From Hormiphora californensis (Eukaryota; Animalia; Ctenophora), in the NCBI GenBank assembly GCA_020137815.1, contig CM035351.1, forward strand, positions 434,001 to 498,000: DNA of 64,000 nt. Reading direction: 5' to 3'. Shown piece after piece: positions 12,327 through 29,949 of the stretch; the first letter of the stretch is position 1; each line of letters starts with the position of its first letter. Under the pieces are notes generated by a model that saw only the letters and a list, made by a program, of their open reading frames with translations, was not told the DNA's origin and searched no databases. Both the position numbers and the translations under genes were made by a program.

Positions 12327-14296
12327 ATGTCGGATTCTGAGAGTTCATCATCTGAGTATGATGATACAGTAAATAACGCTGAGAAGAGAGGATCAGGAAA
12401 CGATTTGGAGAAAATAGTAGAGTATGCTGAGGGGAGAGGGAAGGAATTGGAGAAAATCCTAAATGAGATATCGTGTGAGTTTGCAACTACGGCATGCTTG
12501 AAGCTCAGTGAGGCCGCCTAAACTCACGATAAAGCCCCCTGCTGGTTCCGCAAAAAGTGACGAAGATCTTGTTCCATTGGGTACTACACTGGTGGTGGGT
12601 CCAAACGATGCTGAAATTGCTAAGGGAATACGGAAATATAGAGATGAGAACCCGCTTAAATTAAAAAAGAATGGACAACCGTGTAAGATTCAACCGAACA
12701 AGAAACCAGACTGGGCGATTCGCCGTGATGCGGCACTTGCAGAACAGATGGGCCGATTTGCACCACTTAGAGGGGTCATGCCACAGGCAACTTTTGGTCA
12801 TGGAAAGAAGGTGAGTGCTCTAATAGATTGGGCCAAGTTATTTAGCATTGTGGTCCTCTTCTTCTGTCAATCTGACTTTCAGAACTGTTATGATACTGTT
12901 GAATTTTGCCATTATTTTTCTGGTGCTTCTGCTCTTAACCCATTCTTTTCATTTCAGACAAAGTGTGACACTGGTGTGCGTGATGCATTGCAACTGCCAG
13001 CTGATACATTTGAAGTAATGGTGAAACTTGGTGGGAACGCAACACCGATGGCTCTGGGTGACGCATTAGCAGCCTCAGGAGTTCTAGGGGAGGTTCAGAA
13101 AAATCTGGGAATTGACTCTGATAGATTTGATTTGGTTGCTGAAGCAGTACAGTCTCAACATGTATGGGAAGGGAGGCCACTTCAAGAAGCACAAAGACAC
13201 CCCTAGAGGGAGTGACATGGTCGGTACTCTACTTGTTCAACTACCTGGAGCCTATTACGAGGGTGGGGCCTTGGAGATATCTGCCGGAGTACTGAAGAAA
13301 AAACTGGTCTTTGAAGGGTACAAAACTGTTCCAGAATATTCGTACGGTTACCATTACATGCCAAGCAGTTTTGACTGGCAGTTACCTGATCCTACCAAGC
13401 TCCGTATTGCAGCCTTCTTCTGTGACATCGACCATGAAGTTTTAAAGGTTGAGGATGGATTACGTCTTACTGTTGCATTTATTATGCGAATCAGAGAAAA
13501 ACAAGTTCCGGAGCTTCCATCGGCGAGTCTCAACAGCGTAGTACTTCCAAAACGCCTCAGCTCGTCCGAACAGGAAACCGCTTTAGCTGCAAAGTTTGTG
13601 GAATTCTGTAATGATGAGTCATTTCTACCTGAGGAAGAAGACCTCTCTACCTTTCTTGCGTTTCCGTGTTTTCATCTCTACACAAACCAACAAGTTTTCC
13701 CAAGTTACGTAGACTCTGCTGAAAATCCGTTGACCGAGGCCCAAGTGGCTAAGCTAAAAGGAAAGGACTCAATCATTGGCAAGGCAGTGATGGCTGCTTC
13801 TGAAAAGACGGGTGGTTGTGTTGAGATATATCTTCAACCAATGGTAGATCACGAGTTTGCTTCAGAATATGGTGGTGCATATCTCACGTCACAATTCCCT
13901 GGTTACTGTGGTTCAGAAAGAATGGACGACGATGCCATTGAGAAAGAATTTGAACCGATTGGACACTTTGATGAGAAGTTTCAGCCCATCTGGGTTATCG
14001 ATGAAAAAATGGGCCACAAGCCTGGTGATGCTGGGGAAACTTATTATAGTCCGGATGGGTATTATGGCAACGAAGCATCTCAACTCGAATTTTATGTCAA
14101 AAGCCTTCTTCGGGTCGAGTTTGCACCTTATGCAGAAAGGAAGAAGATGATTGAAGAATACAAGGAGAACTGTGTCCGTGGCGTTAAGCGGAAAATAAAC
14201 ATATCTGCTACTTCGAAACCAAAGAAACTAACGATACGTAAACCAGGCCGTTACGATCCCGACCGCTTTATTGTTAGCCGTGGTTGCAGTCCCTAG
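12327..14296 (+). CDS. 2OG-Fe(II) dioxygenase copy 4 (two 1-bp insertions, possibly sequencing errors)
   Basis: Exon 1 12327-12810 with an extra G near 12513, intron 12811-12957, extra A near 13142 (GCTGAAGCAG versus GCTGAGCAG). Catalytic residues intact; ends RYDPDRFIVSRGCSP. Confidence 0.85.
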
Positions 14297-14764
14297 TTTG
14301 GGCGTTGAGAGCAGACGGGCATTCCCTGTGAAGTAGGCTTGTGAGACCATGGTTTTTAATCAATTATTTATTTTCAAGAGACAATACTTTTTATTTAAGT
14401 TATAACACAGCGTTAAATTAAAAAATACTGATTTAATACTTATTTTAATTCAATTTAAATAACCTATGTTTATTATATTTTTTAAATCAATCAACTGTTT
14501 ATATTAAAATTAAACCCTGCGTTTACTCTGATCTCAAAACCCCCGGCCCCTCTAGTCTGTATTGACACCAAATAGTATAAGACATTGTGCACTACATGTA
14601 CAACCCCATGACATCTAAAGATAGTTTAACATTCTCCAAATATACACCACAAAGTGTGTCCACAATCCCCTTCCTCCAGCTCCCCTTTCTCCCACCCCTT
14701 CCAGAAGTTATCTGAGTTCTGACCCACTAATTTATTAACAACTCAGTCCATATTATAGCCCAGG

Positions 14765-16766
14765 ATGTCTAGAGATATAATAAAGTATGCTCAGAGGCGA
14801 GGCAAGGAGTTGGAGAAAATTCTGTCTGAACTATCGTGTGAGTTTGCAACAACTGCATGCTTGAAGCTCAGCGAGCCGCCTAAACTCACAATAAAGCCCC
14901 CTGCTGGTTCCGCAAAAAGTGATGTTGTCCCTTTGGGTACTACGCTGGTGTTGGCAATATAGGACAAGAAATGCAGAAACTGCAAGATGAGAATCAAGAC
15001 TGGGAGATTCACCGGGAAGCGGCCCTTGCAGAACAGCTGGAAAGATTTGCACCACTTAGAGAAGCTATGCCACAGGCAACTTTTGGTCATGGAAAGAAGG
15101 TGAGTTTTTACTTCTCAACCAAGTTTTTTAGCCCTTTAACGAAGGGTAATTTCAATTAGTTTCTTTTATGTTTGAAATCTTGTGCTTCTTACCAAAACTT
15201 TTCACTTTTCAGACAAAGTGTGACACTGGTGTTCGTGATGCATTGCAACTACCAGCTGATACATTTGAAGTAATGGTGAAACTTAGTGAGAATGCAACAC
15301 CACTGACATTAGGAGACGCTTTAGCAACTTCTGGAGTCCTGAATAAAGTACAGCAAAATCTGGAAATTGACTTTGATAAGTTTGGCTTGGTCGCAGAGCA
15401 GTATAGTCTAAACATGTACGGGAAAGGTGGCCACTTTAAGAAACACAAAGACACCCCTAGAGGGAGTGACATGGTCGGTACTCTACTTGTCCAACTACCT
15501 GGAGCATATTACGAGGGTGGAGCTTTGGAGATATCTGCAGGAGATGGTTCAAAGAAAAAGGTCTTGGATGGATATAAACTTGGCAAAAAATGGCAGTTAC
15601 CTGATCCTACCAAGCTTCGTATTGCTGCATTTTTCTGTGACATTGACGAGGTTATGAAGGTTTTGGAAGGAATACGCCTTACAGTTGCATTTATTCTGCG
15701 ACTCGAAAATATGGCTCCAGAGCTTCCATCTTCGAGCCTCAACAGAGTGGTGCTACCATGTCTTACCCCATCTGCACAGGAAACAGCTCTTGCTGCTAAG
15801 TTTGTAGAATTCTGTAGTGACAAGTCCTTCCTACCGGAGACACTCCATCGCCCGACCTTTCTTGCTTTTCCGTGCTTCCATCTTTACACGAACCAACAAG
15901 TCTTCCCGAGTCATGAAGACACTGCCGAAGTTCCCCTTACCAAGGCTCAGGGCCAGCGTTAAAATCTGGGTGTTTTGGGAGTGCTGACAAACGGTTTTTT
16001 AGGGCTAGGGCTAAAGTAGGGTTAGGGTTAGGGTTGGGGTTTGGGTTGGGGTTAGGCCTTGACATTCCCTACCAGATAAACTTTGAATCAGCCAAAACGG
16101 TTGAGTGGTTTGGCGGTTAGAGCCATTTTAGTGAATCAACTTTTTTGGCAGCGCGCACCTGTAAACAGGCCTCCAAACACCCAGATCGTAACGGCGCCCA
16201 AGGCTCAGGTGGCAAAGCTCAAAGGAAAAGACGCAATCCTTGGCAAAGCCGTGTTGTCAGCCGCTGAAAAGACTGGTGGTTGTGTTGAGATATATCTTCA
16301 ACCCATGGTGGGCCATGAGTATTCTTCAGTAGATGACGGTGGAAATGGTGATTACCTTACGCCACAATTCCCCAAGTACTGTAAAGTTAGAAGAATGGAC
16401 AATGAAGACATAGCCTCACATTTTGACTCCATTGGACATTTTGATGAGGTATTTGATCCCATCTGGGTGATCGATCAGGAGCTGGGCCACAAGCCAGGCA
16501 ATGCCGGGTATACTTGGTGGAGTGCTACTGGTTACTATGGCAATGAAGCAGATGTCAACTTTTACGTTAAATCCTTTCTCCGGGTCGAGTTTGAACCTTA
16601 TACGAAACGCAAGAAGATGATGCAAGGAAATAAGGAGAACTATGTTCCTGGCTCAAAGAGGAAAATAGACATCTCTGCCACCTCCCAACCAAAGAAAATT
16701 CAAATCTGTAAACCAGGGCGTTACGATCCGGCCCGCTATAGTGTTAGCCGCGGTTGTAGTCCCTAG
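14765..16766 (+). pseudogene. 2OG-Fe(II) dioxygenase copy 5, disrupted
   Basis: Stop/frameshift near 14960, intron 15100-15212, distal His codon deleted (FCDID-EV), MITE inserted in exon 2 at 15950-16199. Ends RYDPARYSVSRGCSP. Confidence 0.8.
15950..16199. mobile_element. 250-bp MITE with internal telomere-like repeats, inserted in copy 5
   Basis: Target duplication AAGGCTCA (at least 8 bp; boundary ambiguous) on both sides. Imperfect TIRs GGGCCAGCGTTAAAATCTGGGTGTTT / AAACACCCAGATCGTAACGGCGCCC. Removing it restores LTKAQVAKLKGKD. Confidence 0.88.
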
Positions 16767-17311
16767 TTTGGGTGTTGTATAACAGCATTTGATTTGTAAA
16801 CAGTGAACCTTCGTGTGAAGTAGGCAGGTTTCCCTGTCCGTAGACATCGTTTATCAAGGTGTGTTACTTTTATTTCAAACTAGTGAATAGACACTACTTT
16901 TTATTTAAATTATTGCACAGCGTACAATTAATTGCTTACTGAACTTATTATTATTCAATTTAAATTTAACCTATTTTATCTAACCTATTTCTACCCATTG
17001 TTTTAATTAATCAACTATTTTTAACAAATTTAAACCCTGCGTTTACTCTGATCTCAACACCCCCTATAATTGACACCAAAGAGTAGGAGACATTGTGCAA
17101 TACATGTACAACCCCACACATAAAGATACTACTTACTAGCTAGCATTCTCCAAATAAACTCCCCCATCCCACCCCTCTCTCTCTACTAGGAGTCCTCGAC
17201 AGCCCCTCCTCCCGGGTTCCCCCACAGCTCCTGGTTCCCCCCAATCGTGCTCACAACCTCACTCTGTTCCTACCCAGCTCCCCTAATCGTGCTCACTCGA
17301 TAGGTTAGGAT

Positions 17312-24392
<7,081 letters not shown>

Positions 24393-27300
24393 CGGGGTCT
24401 TTTGATAACATGTGGGTGCTGCAGCACTAGCTAACTTATTCTGGGGTTTGTAGTAACTTTGATATGGTAACTGTTACCATGGTAACACACCAAGTGTTTG
24501 GTGCGCTCTATAGACTGATGATATATCGACTCAGGGGAGAGGGAGAGAGAGATAGAGATAGAGATGGGGAGAGAGAGATAGGGAGAGATAGAGAGAGAGA
24601 GAGAGGGAGAGAGAGAGAGAGAGAGGGGGAGAGACTAGAAAGGGGGAGAGAGAGGGAGGGAGAGAGAGATAGGGAGAGATAGAGAGAGGGGGGAGAGAGA
24701 TAGAGTTAGGTGGGAAGAGAATGGGATTTTTGAGATACTGTTGTCATGTTACCGTCCGTCAAGAAACTGTGAGAGATGAGTCATGAGGTATATATCGATG
24801 ATACTCTGTTACTCAACAACTACTCTGTTACCAAACAGATGCGTGTTAGAGTTATATAACTAGTCAATAACTGATGCTTCACCACCTTCCCGTTTCTCTA
24901 CAGTATTAAGGGCAGTAGAAGTTGATGGGCATGGAGCGAGCCTGGTGGCGCTAGACCCTGTTTCTAACATTGGGCTTAGAGCGGGGTCTGCGTGACTGTG
25001 TCACCAAGTATTTTCCGTGTTTTTGTGAGTGTGTTTGTGTGTGTGTGTGTGCGTGTGTTTGTGTCTCTGAATATGGCGATAAAGTGTTTTTTATCTTTAA
25101 TAAGTTGTAGGTGTCCTTTTTAAGCAGTTTTTATTCACTCAACAAAGCAATAGATCTGGCCTCACATCCTGTTAAATGCTAGCAATCCATGTAATACTGT
25201 ACTAGGTTATATTTGATTCATGAGTGTGTGTCACGATAGTTGCAACATACACCTTATAATGTGTAATGAGATAGTTGCGTCATTCCGTCACACCTTGGAT
25301 CGCACTTTATCGAGTTCTAAATATATCTCGCTAGACAGGGACGTAGTTCTCACCGCTACTACCTGGTAGCTGAGCCCCAATATTACTGTCAGAGCATTGG
25401 CCTGACCCTATTCTCACTTCTTTCGCGTGAGAACTGTGGTCAGTGTCGAGCATTGGCCTGACAACAATATTGGGGCACTACCACCCTGTTAAGATCGAGA
25501 GAGAAATAGAACTTGTTTACCCTTCCTTACACCCATTGAAAGAAAACATTATTTGTGGAAATAATATATTTTACTAAGACTGTGGGATGGTAGAATATCT
25601 GGACATATGTTCCCCGTGGTTTGTCTCCTCTCCTATCTCATGTTTTGGTTGCCATGGTAACATGATAGTTACCATGGTTACCATTACATTGACAGAACGG
25701 AGGTAACCAATATATTAGCACAGCTGATCCCGTAGCATTGCTACAAAATTTAAGAACAATTTAAACGTTAGTGATAGGTTTTTTAAAGAAAGTAATATCC
25801 GAAAAAAGTTAAAAGTAATGGTTTAGTTGTATTAGTACCAGGCAAAGTATAATTTTGATAATATGATCTACCCTGTTACCCACTATAGCGATCTGCTAGA
25901 AGGTAAAAGAGGCACCACGGAGACGTCTTCAAATGTTCAAATCTTGGTGTCTCCTGGTGGCTCTTGATCAGTTTTGGATCGCTATACACCGATAGTCGGA
26001 TTATCTGGTAAAGAGGGTTTTTTACCGTGTTTTTGCCAGATGAAACTGGGATACTATAACAGGAGTTGTGACAACTTCTGGAGTTAGCTGAAAGACTATA
26101 AAACAGGAGATAGTCCTCAGAAAATGACCTATACAAAACAACACCTGAGGATGAGAGAGAGAGATGTGATAGAAATTAGGGATTGTATCCGATTGTATCA
26201 CTAAGTTTTTTAGTTGTGTAACTTGTTTGTAACAGTCCCTTTCAAGCAGCAGCTTATACTGTTGTCATGAGGCAGTATGAACATATTATATGCCAAGGTG
26301 TGGTACAGTAGAGGTACTAGCCAGTACTAATATACTAGTAAACAGCGTGGAACTAGTTTATACCAATTTCTTTTGGTCACAGTGATTTGTCCTTGTATCT
26401 GTTTTCTGTTACGTAAGATAGATCTCTCAACTTAACAAAACTTTTCTTTTATTTTTGAAAACATTTGGAGTGGCGTCTGTGACCCCCAATTCCCGGGTGC
26501 CTTTCCAGCGCTTATTTTGGCACGCGCAATTATGAAGCCGCGCACAATTTCTTCTTTTAGGTGCGCGCGCTAAAAATGGGATCGCGTCGTGAAGCCAAAA
26601 ATTCTGTTTCGCCCGCCAGTTTTTTTAGTTTTTTTGCTCGTGAGTCGTGTCGAGACTCGAGTCCCGCGTGCAGTCTTGACCTGAAACGCGTCGCCAGCGT
26701 ACCCAGAAGAATTGTTGGCATGTGCTGCAGTCCCTGTTCGATCCAGGAACTGTATCGTATGCCAACACATACTTGAGACAGTTTTCTAGACAGCGATTCA
26801 GACAAAATGCTACTCAAAATGCTACTCATTCACCTTAATCCATATAATAAATTCCATAATGTTAGTCAGTCTGTCCGTTAATTGGTTTTTCAAACTCCTC
26901 CCACAGTTTTTGAGCTAGACCCCTGAAAATTTGTACACTGGTACCTTGGACCAAGGCGGATGTAAGTACGGGCTCAGATTTTTGATCCGATCTTTACAGC
27001 AGTGACGTCACGGGGTGACGTCATTGCGACAAAAAGACTTACATTTTTCAAACGCTTCTAAGACCCTGAAAACGGCTCTAAATCAAAAAACTAACGCAAT
27101 AGTGGGGAAAGAGAATCGTTTGAACTTCATTTTACTTGATAGCGATTTCCCGTAACTCAATGTTTAAGGGTCGTAAATCGCGTCGGGAAAGTTAAAAATG
27201 CCAAAAATACGATATTTTTCACCGTAGCCACCCAAAATCTTATCCAATCGATATGAAACTTGGTCGTTATGTGAATTTTAATGTCCTTTGGCCAGGGGTT

Positions 27301-28334
27301 CCCGGAAAACGGATTGGCAAGATGAGAACTGACCGGAGTTCTTATATAATAAATTAATTCATGGTCAACACGAAACGCAAAAGGTTTCAAAAAGGTGCGA
27401 ATTTTTTAAATAAATTGTTTCCAAATAAAATGCAAAGAAATCGCGAGCGCGCGGCAGTTGTTTGCACCGTTAACTACAAAAAGACGCGTGCCACATTTAA
27501 TTTGTCCGGTTGAACTGAAGGTACCAAGTTTGCGCGCAATATTCACTCACTGCGTAGTGTGGTCATCGCGCGTTCCCGACATGTATCGAGCAAAGTGGGC
27601 CAAAATGGGGCGAGAAATCAGAGCGTTTCTGTGTTTATCACAAAAGTAAAAAACATAAATTTAATGGGGCAAGTAAATAAATGTGAAACAAGTATAAAAT
27701 TCAGGGTTAAAACTTAGGATATTTCTCGTCTGTCTCAACTTCTCTTTCAAAAGCAAACTGATTGACAAATTGTCTCGGTTCTCTTTTATAATGTCTTTAT
27801 TCCAGAGTCTTTCCAGTAATCCATCAGTCCATGATGGTTCTGCGGTGATACAGATCGGAGGCTACATCGCACAGGAAGAGTGGCAATGATCTGTGTTGTG
27901 TAAACTTTGACAAGTGGGCCTGCATGTCAATGGAACTGGTGTATTTCGTCTCCACCAATTGGAATGCTCCCTCGCACCTGGAGGAGAAACATAATCAATA
28001 TCGGGATTTAATACGAAAACCAAAGAAAACGAATTTAATAAATTAATTTAGTAGGGAATTTTGAAATTTTAATAATCGTGAGCCCGTTAAATCAGGGAGC
28101 CCAGTGAATCAGGGTCAAATACTGTTAATTTCCTATATATGGGGGCGGGGGAGGTTATATCAGGGTCCGACTGCATTACTCTTTGTTGATTAACTCCCCG
28201 TTCATCCACTAAGTTTTGTGAGAAAATATAATAAGTAACTAACTCGATCCATACTAACTTCTTGAAGAGAAGATTGTGAGTTGGTGATTCAGCATAGAGA
28301 GATACAAGAGAGAACTGTGAGTCCTCGGGGCACG

Positions 28335-28444
28335 TAGTGGGAGACACTAGCGTGGTACGCGCAAAAAAATGCGCGCCACATACCTAAAATAACAGGTGTG
28401 TGGCGCGCATTTTTTTGCGCGTACCACGCTAGTGTCTCCCACTA
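28335..28444. mobile_element. 110-bp hairpin MITE with TAG termini (Academ-like)
   Basis: TAGTGGGAGACACTAGCGTGGTACGCGC.../...GCGCGTACCACGCTAGTGTCTCCCACTA, flanked by ACG on both sides. Confidence 0.7.
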
Positions 28445-28675
28445 ACGAGAGGGTGTATCCAAACATGTATTCAACATTCTCCTTTAATTCACGGATCTGT
28501 AAATAGAGTATTTAGGGTGTTTAGGGTGCAGTGTTCGTGGTGTTCAGGGTGTTTAGAGTGTTCAGGGTGCAGTGTTCATGGTGTTCTATAGTGGGTATAT
28601 TATTATAGTACATGCCCGTGTCGTATTCAGTTCACAGTTACGCTTTACTTCAACGGGTTTTCTAGTAGTGGTTAA

Positions 28676-29341
28676 ATGTGCAAGGCCGAACCGAATCACT
28701 ACTTCTTCTCTCACATAACTGCCACCAAGAGATACCTAGAATGGAAAGCGTTAGAGGAGGGGAATAACTCGAGGTCCTTCATAAGGAACTGCAGCTTTAC
28801 TGAAATGGACCCAAGTGACTTCTCATACTCAAAAGAAACAATGGACCGTTATGGCTGTAAACTGTGGGACGACAGTGTGAAAACATCAATACATGGTATT
28901 CTGCGACAGGACACAGACGTTGAGGAATTGTGCGATATGATCGATACATACATGATCATGAAAGTCCCTCTGCTCACAAGAGCACTTGACAGAGCATCGT
29001 CTACATACATTCTGGATTTTGTACATGGCCGAAGTTTAAGATTCCAGGACTTCGCCTATAGCTACATGAGATCCCACGGGGCGATCGGAACCACCACAGC
29101 AATTCCATACTGCTTAGAGTGTGGGATCCAGCCTGATTCACCATACCACAAACTATTTAAGTGCACCTCTATGGGAGTAGTAACCTCAACTCGGGAGCAA
29201 CTGCTTGGCATTTCTGCATTTGAATCTAACTTTCATATTCCTCTGATTTTTAACTGTAATAGTAACATAAAGAGTAAATTCCGTAACCTAGTGAAGCTAA
29301 CATTAGATAGCTGTATTTTCGATGATAATCTCCTTTCTTAA
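28676..29341 (+). mobile_element. 3' fragment of a non-LTR retrotransposon ORF (C-terminal CCHC-type knuckle)
   Basis: Intronless 221-aa ORF with CLECGIQPDSPYHKLFKC near its end, followed by AT-rich 3' sequence. Confidence 0.55.
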
Positions 29342-29949
29342 TTAAAGATTATCTCCCTCTATAGAACTTAAATACTAGTTTAATATAATTATTTTACTAC
29401 ATTTTATTTTACGTGATTTCTATTTTATGTTTTCTACTACAATTAAATCTCATTCCTACTGATCTTTAAATCAAATGATGTATTGTATACTGTTTTACTA
29501 CTGTATACTGTTTTTTTACTAGATCATTATACAATACTGTTTTATTACCACAGTTTTACCGCTGTATACTGTTTCAACACTGTATACTGTTTCAACACTG
29601 TATACTGTTTTACAATATTTTTATACTTATTAAATTATACTGTTGATTTTATTCTATTAATTAACTTATTATTACCCTTCAATCAGCATATTTTATATTT
29701 CTATCTACTATTTATTAAAACTTATCTACACTTATTTTAAATCTTAACAGCATTAACTTATCTACACTATTTTATCTTATTAATTTAATCACTATCATTA
29801 ACTTAATATCCTATCAGCAGCATGCCCATTTTAACCTAATCTAACTACCTTTTCATTGAAAACCATCACAAACAGACTATCTTTTAATGTTCAAAACAAT
29901 CAGAGTACCAGTTATTTAGCACGCAAGAAGGTGCAATATTACATGTTAT

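Noticed and set aside
12500-13150. Programmed frameshifting in oxygenase copies 1 and 4
   Set aside because: Indels are at different, unconserved positions with no slippery sites; sequencing error or decay is more likely.
26500-27650. Possible Helitron/Helentron-like or other repeat (CGCG-rich flanks, ATATAATAAA..CTGTCCGT start)
   Set aside because: No termini, TSD or 3' hairpin could be fixed with confidence.
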